Program-made: the position numbers and the translations under genes
Notes under the pieces: model-generated
What the model was told of the DNA's origin: nothing
The model's database searches: none
What the model saw: only the letters and a program-made list of their open reading frames with translations
Assembly: GCA_965371515.1 (NCBI GenBank)
Contig: CBDUYR010000004.1
Coordinates: 1 to 64,000, forward strand
DNA length: 64,000 nucleotides
Source: an uncultured bacterium
GTDB lineage: Bacteria > Krumholzibacteriota > Krumholzibacteriia > Krumholzibacteriales > Krumholzibacteriaceae
Direction: 5' to 3'
Shown here: piece after piece, positions 47,254 through 57,038 of the stretch
Position numbering within the stretch: the first letter of the stretch is position 1
Layout of the letters: each line of letters starts with the position of its first letter

Positions 47254-48366
47254 CTATTCAGAGCCGACGTCCTTGCCCGAATCGACGGTCCTGCGCGGGG
47301 CCGCCGGGGCATCGAGATCGTAGTGCTCGCGCACGCTGGTCTCTATCTCGGCCCGTATATCGGTGTTGTCCTTGAGGAACATTCTGGTGTTGTCCTTGCC
47401 CTGCCCGAGCCGGGTCTCGCCCCAGGAGTACCAGCTGCCCATCTTCGTGAGTATGCCGGAGGTGACGCCCAGCTCGATCAGGTCCCCTTCGAGACTGATA
47501 CCCTCTCCGTAGAGGATCTCGAACTCGGCCTGGCGGAACGGTGCGGCGACCTTGTTCTTGACGACCTTGACCCTCGTCATGCTTCCGATGACGGTGTCCC
47601 GGTCCTTGATCTGGCCGATACGGCGGATGTCCATCCTCATCGTGGCGTAGAATTTCAGGGCGTTTCCTCCCGATGTCGTCTCGGGATTGCCGTACATAAC
47701 GCCGATCTTCATCCGGATCTGGTTGATGAAAATCATGCACGTGCGGGATTTACTGACTGCGCCGGCTATCTTCCGGAGGGCCTGGGACATGAGCCTGGCC
47801 TGGAGGCCGACATGCGAGTCGCCCATCTGCCCCTCGATCTCGGCCGCGGGCACGAGGGCCGCGACCGAATCGATCACAACGACGTCGATCGCGTTGCTGC
47901 GGATAAGGACCTCTGCGATCTCGAGGGCCTGCTCCCCCGTATCCGGCTGTGATATAAGCAGGTTGTCGATATCGATCCCGATCTTCCTCGCGTAGCTTAC
48001 ATCCAGGGCGTGCTCGGCATCGATGAACGCCGCCACGCCGCCGAGCTTCTGCGCGTTCGCGATGATCGAGCAGGCAAGTGTCGTCTTGCCCGACCCTTCG
48101 GGCCCGTAGATCTCGATGACCCTGCCGCGGGGCACTCCGCCGATGCCGGCAGCAATATCGAGCACGAGGCTGCCTGTGGGGATGCTCTCGATCTCCTGGT
48201 AAGCGCCTTCCTCGCCGAGGCGCATGATAGAGCCCTTCCCGTACTGTTTCTCTATCTGGTCGACTGCGAGCTCGATCGCCTTGTCCTTGTCACCCGGTTT
48301 GATAGATTTCGTCATCTTCGATACTTTAGCTGTCTTCGACGTTTTTTTTGTCCTGTCCGCGCTCAC
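47254..48366 (-). CDS. recA: Recombinase RecA
   Basis: [40 protein letters not shown]; no intein. Confidence 0.98.
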   Translation of the reverse strand: MSADRTKKTSKTAKVSKMTKSIKPGDKDKAIELAVDQIEKQYGKGSIMRLGEEGAYQEIESIPTGSLVLDIAAGIGGVPRGRVIEIYGPEGSGKTTLACSIIANAQKLGGVAAFIDAEHALDVSYARKIGIDIDNLLISQPDTGEQALEIAEVLIRSNAIDVVVIDSVAALVPAAEIEGQMGDSHVGLQARLMSQALRKIAGAVSKSRTCMIFINQIRMKIGVMYGNPETTSGGNALKFYATMRMDIRRIGQIKDRDTVIGSMTRVKVVKNKVAAPFRQAEFEILYGEGISLEGDLIELGVTSGILTKMGSWYSWGETRLGQGKDNTRMFLKDNTDIRAEIETSVREHYDLDAPAAPRRTVDSGKDVGSE

Positions 48367-48536
48367 TTTCTTCCTCCCACTTCATCCCCCTGATGTACCC
48401 TGCGGTTGATTTATCCCCACCCGCCGCCGCGGCGACGGGTCAGACTGATTCTATATCACCAACCTGTCGATTATTCAACGAATTTCACGATCACCGGGGT
48501 TGTGCGGCCAGGGTCTCGCAGGGTCCTGCCCTGAGT

Positions 48537-49097
48537 TCAGCGTCCGAGCTCAAAACGGCCCGTTTCCTTGTAGATCGCCCCCGACGGGGTCAGTCTGCTG
48601 CTCATCAGGACGAAGCCGTCCGCATCGAGGAACGCCGTTTCATCGAGCGAAGGGAAACCGCGGAGGAGATCGAGAACCTCTTCCGGAGCCGGTCTTTTCA
48701 CGCGCGCGAGCGTCAGGTGGGCCCGGAATCTCCTGCTTTCCCTCTCGAATCCGATCGTCTCGCATTCATCCTCGATCAGCCTGGCGAGATCCCTCAGCTC
48801 CTCTAATCCCTTATCGATGCCGTAATAGATCACTCGTGGCCTGTCCAGGTTCGGGAAGCCGCCGATCCCGCCCATCGTCAGGCGGAACGGCTTCGCCCGG
48901 GATGCTGCCCTGCACGCGGCATCGTGAAGCGAAGGCAGGAGATCCTCGTCGACCTCTCCCAGGAATTTCAGCGTGAAGTGATAATTCTCGGGCTGGATCC
49001 ATCTCCAGGGGGCGTTTCGGATGCCGGAATCCTGTATGATCCGCCAGGCCTGCCCCGCCATGGCTTCACCGGCATGAACCGCGAAGAACAGTCTCAT
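48537..49097 (-). CDS. thpR: RNA 2',3'-cyclic phosphodiesterase
   Basis: MRLFFA; two HxT motifs (HFTLKFLG, HLTLAR). Confidence 0.92.
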   Translation of the reverse strand: MRLFFAVHAGEAMAGQAWRIIQDSGIRNAPWRWIQPENYHFTLKFLGEVDEDLLPSLHDAACRAASRAKPFRLTMGGIGGFPNLDRPRVIYYGIDKGLEELRDLARLIEDECETIGFERESRRFRAHLTLARVKRPAPEEVLDLLRGFPSLDETAFLDADGFVLMSSRLTPSGAIYKETGRFELGR

Positions 49098-50329
49098 GAG
49101 CGGCCGCTTTTCCGGTCCCGGGCAGGCATCGATCGCAGCAGCCTGCGTCTCAGCATATCGAGACAGACGCATGACGCCCTGAGTCTGATCATCCCGCGGT
49201 CGCCCGCCATCTTTCTCTGCCGGCACTCCGTCACGCCGGCGTGTGCGAGCCCCATCCAGCAGAGCCCGACCGGCTTGTCCGCGGTCGCTCCGCCGGGACC
49301 GGCTATCCCGGTCGTGGACAGCGCGATGTCCGCTCCCGAGATCCTCCTGGCGCCCGCAGCCATTTGCCTGCAGACATCCTCGCTGACCGCTCCGCAGGTT
49401 TCGATGATCTTTTCCTCGACGCCGAGGATCCTGATCTTCGATTCATTGCTGTATGTGACATATCCCTCGAGAAATGTCTCGCTCGCCCCCGGCACCGAGA
49501 CGATCATCGAGGCAAGCATCCCGCCTGTGAGGGACTCCGCCGTGGCCAGGGTCATCTCCCTGCTCCGGAGCATCCCGACAACGACTTCCTCGAGCCGGTC
49601 CCTGCCCTCCCCGAAGAGGTTGTCCCCGAGACTCTCCGCCGCCTTCGCGGCGATCCCGGCATCGATCCCCGCAGGAAGGTACACGCTGATGCCGGCCGGG
49701 GAAGAGATGATCGACAGCCGCTCGAGGTCATCCGCTCCGAGTACAGCCGCCACCCTCTCCTCGACCGAGGTTTCCATAAGGCCGTAGACCCTCAGCACTT
49801 TTCTCCGTTCTTCCGCGCCGGATGTCAGCCTCGGGAGGATGAGGCGCTCGAATATCTCCTTCATCTCTCCGGGAACGCCCGGCAGCAGAAAGATACGGCA
49901 CCCCCCCGCCTTCAGCGCCAGGCCGGGCGCAACACCAACGGCGTTGTCGAGCACCTCAGCTCCTGCCGGTATTCTCGCCAGATCCCTGTACCCTTCGGGC
50001 ATAGTGAAACCGAGCTCGCCGAAACGCCGCTCGATCTCGATGATGATCTCCTCCCGGATCTCGACTTCCCCTCCGAACGCATCGATCGCGGCCTGGCGCG
50101 TCACGTCGTCCACAGTCGGGCCGAGCCCCCCCGTGACTATGACCGTTTCGCTCCTTGCCGCGGCGGCTGAGAGCTCATCGCGGATAACATCGATGTTGTC
50201 GGGAAGTGCCGTTTCCCTCGAGGGAGAGAGCCCGGCTGCGGTCAGGACTATTGAAAGCCATACAGTGTTGTTTTCGGCAATCTCGCCGCGGAGGACCTCG
50301 TCGCCGACCGTTATGATCTCTACCCTCAC
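49094..50329 (-). CDS. cinA: CinA/PncC (NMN deamidase) protein
   Basis: VGDEVL.G, TGGLGPTVDD, AESLTGG, TTGIAGPGG. Confidence 0.93.
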   Translation of the reverse strand: MRVEIITVGDEVLRGEIAENNTVWLSIVLTAAGLSPSRETALPDNIDVIRDELSAAAARSETVIVTGGLGPTVDDVTRQAAIDAFGGEVEIREEIIIEIERRFGELGFTMPEGYRDLARIPAGAEVLDNAVGVAPGLALKAGGCRIFLLPGVPGEMKEIFERLILPRLTSGAEERRKVLRVYGLMETSVEERVAAVLGADDLERLSIISSPAGISVYLPAGIDAGIAAKAAESLGDNLFGEGRDRLEEVVVGMLRSREMTLATAESLTGGMLASMIVSVPGASETFLEGYVTYSNESKIRILGVEEKIIETCGAVSEDVCRQMAAGARRISGADIALSTTGIAGPGGATADKPVGLCWMGLAHAGVTECRQRKMAGDRGMIRLRASCVCLDMLRRRLLRSMPARDRKSGRS

Positions 50330-50781
50330 AGCAGTCCCGTGAAGCGTCTGAGCAGAGCCATCACAGCCAGGGCGTAGAGCCCGGCGAACACGTCATCGAC
50401 CACTACCCCCAGGCCCCCCGGAAGTTTCTGAGACCTCCCGGCCGGAAAGGGCTTTGCGATGTCGAATATCCTGAACAGGACGAATCCCACCAGCCCGGCC
50501 TTTATGGAGACCGGTGACAGCAGCATGGTTATCTGCATGCCGACGACCTCGTCGATCACGATACAGGAGGCATCCTCGCCGTATCTTCTCTCCATGATAT
50601 CCGAGAGGATGATGGCCACGGGGATGAGCCCGGCGATGACCGCCCAGTGGGTCATCCAGTGACCGCCGGGCACGAACAGCCATGCGAGCAGCCAGACCAT
50701 GCTGGCGAAGGTCGCAGGAGCGAAGGGGAAAAACCCCGTATAAAAAAAAGAGCCGAAAAGTGTGACAAGGAAACGTCTCAT
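50326..50781 (-). CDS. pgpA: Phosphatidylglycerophosphatase A
   Basis: APATFAS, IVIDEVVG, FRIFDIAKPFP, GGLGVVVDD. Confidence 0.9.
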   Translation of the reverse strand: MRRFLVTLFGSFFYTGFFPFAPATFASMVWLLAWLFVPGGHWMTHWAVIAGLIPVAIILSDIMERRYGEDASCIVIDEVVGMQITMLLSPVSIKAGLVGFVLFRIFDIAKPFPAGRSQKLPGGLGVVVDDVFAGLYALAVMALLRRFTGLL

Positions 50782-50872
50782 ATGCATCCTTTGACGATTA
50801 CACAGGGCAGGATATAGATAGAAGCAGCAGACGGCAATCAAATTATTGCCATGTGAAATCGCAGGAGACTTC

Positions 50873-51451
50873 CTATGAGAGGTTGCGGAGGACTCCCTTC
50901 GCGACCGCCTTCAGCGTGTCGAACACGCCTATGCCGTTTACGGCAACGGCCTCGAACGCGGGGAAGTGCTTGGGATTGAGCTCCTCCTCGAGATCGGGCA
51001 CCGCGATCAGGTCGGGAAGATCCCTCTTGTTGTACTGGATCGCGTAGGGAAGCTCGTTGAGCTTGAGACCGTACTCGCCGAGGTTCTCGTGGAGGTTGTA
51101 AAGGCTCTCGATATTCGCGTCATACCTGCTCGTCTGGGAGTCGGCTACGAAGACTACGCCGTCCGTTCCGCGGAGGATCAGTTTTCGCGACGCATCGTAG
51201 TATACCTGTCCCGGTACAGTATAGAGGTGGAACCTCGTCTTGAACCCCTTGACAGTTCCCAGCTCCAGCGGAAGGAAATCGAAGAAGAGGGTCCTGTCCA
51301 TCTCTGTGGCAAGCGTGATCAGCTTGCCCTTCGTATCCGGAGACACCTTGTCGTAGATGTACTGTATATTGGTCGTCTTTCCACACAGGCCGGGCCCGTA
51401 GTAGACGATCTTTACGTTGATCTCACGCGAGGAGTAATTTATCAGCGACAA
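50873..51451 (-). CDS. mglA: MglA small Ras-like GTPase
   Basis: KIVYYGPGLCGKTTN, DRTLFFDFLP, TVPGQ, NKRDL. Confidence 0.95.
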   Translation of the reverse strand: MSLINYSSREINVKIVYYGPGLCGKTTNIQYIYDKVSPDTKGKLITLATEMDRTLFFDFLPLELGTVKGFKTRFHLYTVPGQVYYDASRKLILRGTDGVVFVADSQTSRYDANIESLYNLHENLGEYGLKLNELPYAIQYNKRDLPDLIAVPDLEEELNPKHFPAFEAVAVNGIGVFDTLKAVAKGVLRNLS

Positions 51452-51468
51452 CTCTGTCCCCTCCCCTT

Positions 51469-51969
51469 TCAGTCTGAGAACAGACTGTCTATCTCCATCT
51501 CGGCCTCGGCGGTAAACTCCTCGCCGAGCTCCTCGTGGTATTCCTCATTCTCGTACTCGAGCTTGTCGTAGAGACCCTTGATTACTGTGGCGAGGTTCTC
51601 GACCGCCTTCTTCGTCCTTAGTCTCACCAGACCGAGCGTGGTCTTCTTATCGAACAGGATAACCAGTATGATATCCTTCTCTACCCTCGCGAGATACATG
51701 CTCTCGTTACTCCCCTGATGGTAGAGTGTCGAGAAATCCTTCTCTCCGATCAGCTTGGCCAGCTGTGCGTTCGCCTCGAAATCGGCCGCGCAGAGAGACG
51801 CGAAGCTGTACATGTCGAACCTCGGTTCATCGCCCACGCTCGAGATCAGCTGACCAGTCTTGTCGAGCAGGATCACGCTGGTGGCATTCGAGTTCTTCAG
51901 CAATTCCTGGAGCGTCGTGCTGATCGCCCAGTAATCCTCTTCGAAAACTTTCCAGTTCGTTCTGACCAT
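51469..51969 (-). CDS. mglB: MglB roadblock-domain GAP
   Basis: LDKTGQLI, ASLCAA..LAKLIGE.DF, TTLGLVRLR; adjacent to mglA. Confidence 0.92.
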   Translation of the reverse strand: MVRTNWKVFEEDYWAISTTLQELLKNSNATSVILLDKTGQLISSVGDEPRFDMYSFASLCAADFEANAQLAKLIGEKDFSTLYHQGSNESMYLARVEKDIILVILFDKKTTLGLVRLRTKKAVENLATVIKGLYDKLEYENEEYHEELGEEFTAEAEMEIDSLFSD

Positions 51970-52020
51970 TCTGCTATCTCTTTCCCTTGCCCGAGATCAA
52001 TCGACCTGTTGTCGACCTTG

Positions 52021-52623
52021 TCAGTCGACCTCTTCGCGCCCATCGAGGGCCCTGCCTATCGTTCCCCTGTCAACGAACTCGAGGGAACAACCGAGGGGAA
52101 GTCCCCTTGCCGGCCTCGTCACCTTCACATCGCTTTCCCTGAACATTCGTGCGATGTAGAGGGTCGTCGTATCTCCCTCGACGCTCGGATTTGTCGCTAT
52201 GATGAGTTCCGTTATCTCTTCCTTTTTCACACGCTCCTTCAGGGCCGTCAGGTTCAGCTGCTCTGGTCCCACTCCATCAAGTGGTGAAAGAACTCCGTGT
52301 AGAACATGGTAGCGGCCCCTGAAATGACCCGATCTTTCGAGAACGTAAAGATCGGCGGGCCGTTCAACAACGCATAACATGCCTTCGGCTCTTCCCGGGT
52401 CTCTGCAGATCGGACAGACATCGCCTTCAGCGAGGTTTCCACATCTTTTGCAATATCCGGTTTCTTCCCTGACTCTCCTGAGCGCTTCGGCAAAACCCCT
52501 GACCTCCCCCTCGTCCATGTCGAGGATGGCAAATGCCAGTCTGCGCGCCGTCTTCTCCCCCACTCCAGGCAGTTTCCTGAAATGATCTATCAGTTCCTGA
52601 AGCAGCGGAAGACCCTGATCCAT
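52021..52623 (-). CDS. recR: Recombination mediator RecR
   Basis: LPGVGEKTARRLA, CxxC..CxxC, YHVLHGVLSPLDG. Confidence 0.96.
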   Translation of the reverse strand: MDQGLPLLQELIDHFRKLPGVGEKTARRLAFAILDMDEGEVRGFAEALRRVREETGYCKRCGNLAEGDVCPICRDPGRAEGMLCVVERPADLYVLERSGHFRGRYHVLHGVLSPLDGVGPEQLNLTALKERVKKEEITELIIATNPSVEGDTTTLYIARMFRESDVKVTRPARGLPLGCSLEFVDRGTIGRALDGREEVD

Positions 52624-52722
52624 TGCTTTCTCCTTGGGTTTAGCAAGAATCTTGCCTTGTTTCGAATCACGATCGGAAAAGATAAGCCGCGAAAAAGAAT
52701 GATGTTCCCTGCGGCGGAAGGT

Positions 52723-53034
52723 CTAGAACATTCCGGGCAGGGGCATTCCACCGGTGATCGAGCTCATCTCGTCCCTGACCATCTCTTCGACACGGTTAGC
52801 CGCCTCTGTAACCGCAGCGGCGACAAGGTCTTCAAGCATTTCTACATCCTGCGGATCAACGACTTCCGGATCTATCGACACGGAGACGACCTCGTGTCTG
52901 CCGTTCATCACGACCTTGACCATTCCACCGCCGGCGGAGGCCTCGACGCTCTTTTCAGCCAGTTCGGCCTGCATCTGGGCCATTTTCGCCTGCATCTGCT
53001 GCGCCTGCTTGAGAAGCTTTCCTATGTCCTTCAT
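52723..53034 (-). CDS. ybaB: YbaB/EbfC nucleoid-associated protein
   Basis: KQAQQMQ, AGGGMVKV, EMLEDLV.AA. Confidence 0.95.
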   Translation of the reverse strand: MKDIGKLLKQAQQMQAKMAQMQAELAEKSVEASAGGGMVKVVMNGRHEVVSVSIDPEVVDPQDVEMLEDLVAAAVTEAANRVEEMVRDEMSSITGGMPLPGMF

Positions 53035-53093
53035 CCGATTCTCCCTGTGTCCTGTGATCCGTCAAGTATCTGCAATACTGAGTACCGGAGCCT

Positions 53094-54890
53094 TCAGTCC
53101 AGGAGCTCCGCGTCCAATCCGTCCATAATGCGTATCAGCGTGGGATTATCCACCTTTGCAGCGCTGGACCTCTTTATCGATCCGCTGCCGGTATTTTTTG
53201 TGGATGTCTTTTCCGGAGACTGCGGTTCTTTCCCTGCGACAGATCCTTTTGCGCTGCTTCCATCGGGTTTCGTCCGAGCCTCTATCTCCATCCTGGCCTG
53301 GCGGTCGCTCCTGGCACCACCCTTCAGATCAACCGTCTCACAGGTCTCCACGGTAAATTTTCTGCCATAGAACTTCTCGAGATGGCTCTCGATCAACCGC
53401 CTGTTCTTCATCTCTCTTATCATCTGCATCGCGAACCTGTTCTGCGGTGTAAACGAAAGGATCAGGCTGCCGTCCTCGACGCCGGCGACGTCGGCCGTCA
53501 TCAGCCATATTCCGAGAGTCAGCTTCGCTTCCCTGATCTTCGCGAGAAATCGCTCCCACTCCTCCTTGCCGCCGAGAGCATCAAGGAGGGGATTCTCCTT
53601 CACGGGGATCTCTGGAATCCCGGGAGTCCCGGGCATGGCGGCCTTCTCCATACTCGCGGACGATACAGCCGGGCCGGCAGGATCTGCCGGCGGGGACGAT
53701 CCCGCTGAACCGGATATTTTCGACGTTCCAGCAGTCCCGCCTTCCACAGCGCCACCCGCTCCTGACTCGAGCCTGCCGATCAGTTCGCCTATCTCCACTG
53801 CCGATTCCCAGGAAGCAGCCTCGGCTACCGCCGCTTCCATATGGTATCGTGGCTGGCTCGAACCTTTCAGTTCGCGGTGCGCCCTGGACATCGAACGGAA
53901 GATGAAAAGGAGATCCTCGACCTTGAATCTCACGGAGATCGCCGACAACTCCTCGATCTCGCCTGATGTCAGGTCGAGCCAGTCGGTCCTCCCGCCTGAT
54001 ACGGAGATCACGAGGAGATTACGTATCCCTTCGAGGAAAGCGAGAAAGAACTCCTCGAGATCCATTCCGGAGGCTGCCACACCGTCCACAACCGACAGCG
54101 CTCTCTCCCTGTCGCGCCGGCTCACCGCGTCGAGCAGACTGGAGATGATCTGCGAATCGACCAGACCGAGTACATTCCGGACAGTCTCGATGTCTATTTT
54201 CCCATCGGCGGCCGAGATGCATTGGTCCAGCAGGGATTCGGCATCGCGCATCGAGCCGTCGGCCCTGCGGCATATCAGTGTCAGTGCTTCAGCGTCGTAT
54301 TCGATCTTTTCGGCTTCACATATCCTGCTGAGCTGTCCCGAGAGTTCGGCCAGTTCGAGCCGCTTGAAATTGAATCTCTGGCAGCGTGACAGAATCGTCG
54401 CCGGGATCTTGTGTGGCTCTGTCGTAGCGAATATCAGGTAGACATGTCCCGGGGGCTCTTCGAGTGTCTTGAGCAGGGCATTGAATGCCTGCTGTGTGAG
54501 CATGTGGACCTCGTCTATGATGTAGATCTTCGAACCGGACTGCGAGGGTGCGTACCCTATCTTCTCCCTCAGGTCCCTGATCTCGTCGATACCCCTGTTG
54601 GAGGCGCCGTCGATCTCTATCATGTCGAGGTGTGTCCCGCCGTTTACCGCCACGCAGGAGGAGCATCTGTTGCATGGCTCACCGCCCTGCGGATCCTCGC
54701 AGTTGATGATTTTCGCGAGCAATCGCGCCGTCGTGGTCTTGCCGCATCCGCGCGGGCCCGAGAAGAGGTATGCGTGCGCTAGCCTGCCCTTCTCGAAGGC
54801 CTTCTGGAGGGTGGAGGTCACGTGCTCCTGTCCGACTACCTCGGCAAATGTACCGGGTCTCCATTTTCTGGCAAGTACGAGATAAGACAT
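53094..54890 (-). CDS. dnaX: DNA polymerase III subunit gamma/tau
   Basis: YLVLARKWRP, GPRGCGKTT, IDEVHML..AFNALLKTLEEPP, SRCQ. Confidence 0.97.
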   Translation of the reverse strand: MSYLVLARKWRPGTFAEVVGQEHVTSTLQKAFEKGRLAHAYLFSGPRGCGKTTTARLLAKIINCEDPQGGEPCNRCSSCVAVNGGTHLDMIEIDGASNRGIDEIRDLREKIGYAPSQSGSKIYIIDEVHMLTQQAFNALLKTLEEPPGHVYLIFATTEPHKIPATILSRCQRFNFKRLELAELSGQLSRICEAEKIEYDAEALTLICRRADGSMRDAESLLDQCISAADGKIDIETVRNVLGLVDSQIISSLLDAVSRRDRERALSVVDGVAASGMDLEEFFLAFLEGIRNLLVISVSGGRTDWLDLTSGEIEELSAISVRFKVEDLLFIFRSMSRAHRELKGSSQPRYHMEAAVAEAASWESAVEIGELIGRLESGAGGAVEGGTAGTSKISGSAGSSPPADPAGPAVSSASMEKAAMPGTPGIPEIPVKENPLLDALGGKEEWERFLAKIREAKLTLGIWLMTADVAGVEDGSLILSFTPQNRFAMQMIREMKNRRLIESHLEKFYGRKFTVETCETVDLKGGARSDRQARMEIEARTKPDGSSAKGSVAGKEPQSPEKTSTKNTGSGSIKRSSAAKVDNPTLIRIMDGLDAELLD

Positions 54891-54922
54891 ACGTTCAGTC
54901 CCCCGGTGAGAAAGGTCAGGAG

Positions 54923-55190
54923 ACCGTGCACCCGGCTTCGAAAGGCGTCCCCGGCTCTTGCGGCAGGGTTAGCTCCTGTCAGGATATGCCGCGGCACATA
55001 AGAATGTCTGCGTACCGCTGCTACCTTCCGGTCCTGACGGGGTTTGCAGGTTCTCATTGCGCGGGTCCTGGCACTCAACACCACTTCCCGCCGCCGATCG
55101 CTCGGAGACAACACTCCCTCAACCGGGAATTCGGCCCCGCTATAGCGGATTGCGGGTGCAGGGCACCGCTACCTCCCCGCCTAGCACGAT
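54923..55190 (-). ncRNA. ffs: Large (Alu-domain-containing) bacterial SRP RNA
   Basis: 5' CGTGCTAGGCGGGGAGGTAGCGGTGCCCTG..AATCCGCTATAGCGGG resembles Bacillus scRNA; domain IV TCAGGACCGGAAGGTAGCAGC; 3' GCACGG closes the terminal helix; upstream of dnaX. Confidence 0.92.
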
Positions 55191-55201
55191 CTCTAAAAAT
55201 A

Positions 55202-55277
55202 TGGTGGAGATGATCGGACTCGAACCGACGACCCCCTCGTTGCGAACGAGGTGCTCTCCCAGCTGAGCTACATCCCC
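55202..55277 (-). tRNA. tRNA-Ala(CGC)
   Basis: GGGGATG acceptor with G3-U70, anticodon arm CCTCG-TT CGC AA-CGAGG, encoded CCA. Confidence 0.96.
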
Positions 55278-55330
55278 ACTCTTTATCATCAACGCCGACT
55301 CGCTTCGCCGCGGCCCGGCAGTCTCACCAA

Positions 55331-55420
55331 TGGCGGAGAGAGAGGGATTCGAACCCTCGGAGCGGAAACCCGCTCAACGGTTTTCGAGACCGTCCCGTTC
55401 AACCACTCCGGCATCTCTCC
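55331..55420 (-). tRNA. tRNA-Ser(CGA)
   Basis: ACGGT-CT CGA AA-ACCGT, long variable arm, CCA. Confidence 0.96.
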
Positions 55421-55427
55421 GTCGGAT

Positions 55428-55456
55428 ACTATATATAATCGGTGCCGATATATCAA
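55428..55456 (-). promoter_or_regulatory. Sigma70 promoter for tRNA-Ser(CGA)-tRNA-Ala-ffs
   Basis: TTGATA-17 nt-TATAGT, 7 nt before the tRNA. Confidence 0.7.
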
Positions 55457-55505
55457 TAGCGGAGAATGCCCGGGAAAAGGAGAATATGCAGGCTGGATAT
55501 AATAA

Positions 55506-55596
55506 TGGCGGAGAGAGAGGGATTCGAACCCTCGGAGGAGTTACCCCCTCACACGATTTCCAATCGTGCCGATTAAGCCAGCTCTCGCATCTCTCC
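55506..55596 (-). tRNA. tRNA-Ser(GGA)
   Basis: CACGA-TT GGA AA-TCGTG, long variable arm, CCA. Confidence 0.96.
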
Positions 55597-55612
55597 GCGT
55601 CTGTCAGTCGAT

Positions 55613-56062
55613 TCAGTCTTCACGTAATCTAGTAAAAAACTCCCTGAGAAGCAAAAGGCATTCTTCCTCCAGCACCCCGCCCTTGACGATGAGCCTGTGG
55701 CCGTAGAGATCGGCATGGTGCAGGTCCCCGATCGATCCGCATGCCCCGCTTCTCGGCTGCCTCGCCCCGTACACGACACGCTCCGCCCTGGCGAGATAGA
55801 GGGCTCCGAGGCACATGTGGCAGGGCTCCGAGGTCACATAGATGGTACAGCCATCGAGCCTCCAGTCGCCCGTCCTCTCCGAAGCGCTGTCTATCGCAAT
55901 GATCTCGGCATGGGCCGTCGCCGTTTTCCTCGTCTCGACCTCATTGCGCCCGCGCCCGATGATATCATCGCCGCGGACCACTACGGCACCAACGGGGACC
56001 TCGCCGCCCTCCAGGGCCAGCGAAGCCTCGGCAAGAGCCTCTCTCATCCATTTCTCGTCCAT
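55613..56062 (-). CDS. tadA: tRNA adenosine(34) deaminase
   Basis: EVPVGAVVV, HAE, EPCHMC, GACGS; start could be 56074. Confidence 0.9.
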   Translation of the reverse strand: MDEKWMREALAEASLALEGGEVPVGAVVVRGDDIIGRGRNEVETRKTATAHAEIIAIDSASERTGDWRLDGCTIYVTSEPCHMCLGALYLARAERVVYGARQPRSGACGSIGDLHHADLYGHRLIVKGGVLEEECLLLLREFFTRLRED

Positions 56063-56106
56063 TGGATCTATCATCCACCGTGCAGATCGTCCGTTACATG
56101 GTTCCG

Positions 56107-56832
56107 TCACAGCGACGGAGAATCGAATCTTTCGGGTATCGCTCCGATGAGCGCCTCGAGGACCAGTACCGCCACATCGTCGAACGGAGGAGCGGCGTAG
56201 ATGTCACCGCCCGATATCGATGTCCCCGATATCCTCCTGTCGATGCCGGCGGTTGAAGATTGGACCCGGTCCCCTTCGCTACGCACCGATTCCTTGTAAT
56301 TTTCGTCTGTGGCTTCCCAGAGGACCATTCCGTTGTCGGGATCGATCAGGCTCAGCGTCATGCCGACCTGGGTAACCGAGGCTGCGCTCGCTTCGCGGTA
56401 GTCCACTTCGTCCTTGTGCCAAAGGTAGACGACAGATACCAGCATCAGGTCGACGTTCAGTTCCGATTTAACTGCCCTGCACAGATCCAGGTCCACTACG
56501 TGGTCGCGGCTCCACTTGTTCTTGAATTCATCGAGCCTGTCTCCAAAATCGGTTTTCGCAATGACCATCCTGAACTGCTCGGGTGAAAGGAACTTGTAAT
56601 CGTATCTCTCGGAAACGAACTCCCAGATGATCCTGTTGGGGATCCTTTCCGATTGACGTTTCGGGTCCTCGCCCTTTGTTATCATGCTTATCGCCGGTAG
56701 AACCAGGATCGTCGCGTGCTCTCCCGGATTGAAATCGGGTTCGACCGTGATGCTCGCCGGGTGCTGCGATTTACACCCGATCAGCCCGAAAACAGCGACA
56801 GCGATCAATAAAACTGCTGCTTTTCTCATCAT
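56107..56832 (-). CDS. Hypothetical lipoprotein (possibly LpoB/CsgG-like fold)
   Basis: Lipobox LIG-C; VGMTLSLIDPDNGMVLW strand pattern. Confidence 0.65.
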   Translation of the reverse strand: MMRKAAVLLIAVAVFGLIGCKSQHPASITVEPDFNPGEHATILVLPAISMITKGEDPKRQSERIPNRIIWEFVSERYDYKFLSPEQFRMVIAKTDFGDRLDEFKNKWSRDHVVDLDLCRAVKSELNVDLMLVSVVYLWHKDEVDYREASAASVTQVGMTLSLIDPDNGMVLWEATDENYKESVRSEGDRVQSSTAGIDRRISGTSISGGDIYAAPPFDDVAVLVLEALIGAIPERFDSPSL

Positions 56833-56991
56833 TCTCTCCATTATTCAATCAAAGGACTCCATGATTTTATTAAGAGTATCAACGGGTTGAGCGCGGTGTC
56901 AATCCGTATCGAAAGTGTACTGTAATGTAATTCTCAGTTATTTCCCCGGAAGAGTGCCTCTAAACCCTTCTATCCCATCGCCGGAATTCTG

Positions 56992-57000
56992 TGGTATAAT
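56992..57000 (+). promoter_or_regulatory. Extended -10 element upstream of the HNH gene
   Basis: TGGTATAAT, a perfect TGnTATAAT. Confidence 0.6.
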
Positions 57001-57038
57001 GACCGTGCGTGATGGGGATGATTATGGGAGGTGGGAGA

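Noticed and set aside
48367..48536. LexA/SOS box upstream of recA
   Set aside because: No CTGT-N8-ACAG or GAAC-N4-GTTC site recognised; only a loose promoter-like sequence
50742..50749. A8 homopolymer in pgpA as a phase-variation tract
   Set aside because: Encodes Ser-Phe-Phe-Tyr in an intact housekeeping frame
52642..52657. Sigma54-like GG-N10-GC / GCAAGA-A-TCTTGC palindrome upstream of recR
   Set aside because: Imperfect -24 element, and the implied TSS would cut into the recR SD; could be an operator but is unsupported
53094..54890. Programmed frameshift producing the gamma subunit in dnaX
   Set aside because: No A-AAA-AAG or long A-run seen at the domain III/IV linker; the A6 run noticed is near the 3' end
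54836..55266. Small ORFs over ffs and tRNA-Ala
   Set aside because: Explained by the structural RNA genes
55329..55537. Identical ~34-nt 3' ends of two tRNA-Ser copies as attL/attR
   Set aside because: Both are complete tRNAs with different anticodons; no integrase or cargo between them
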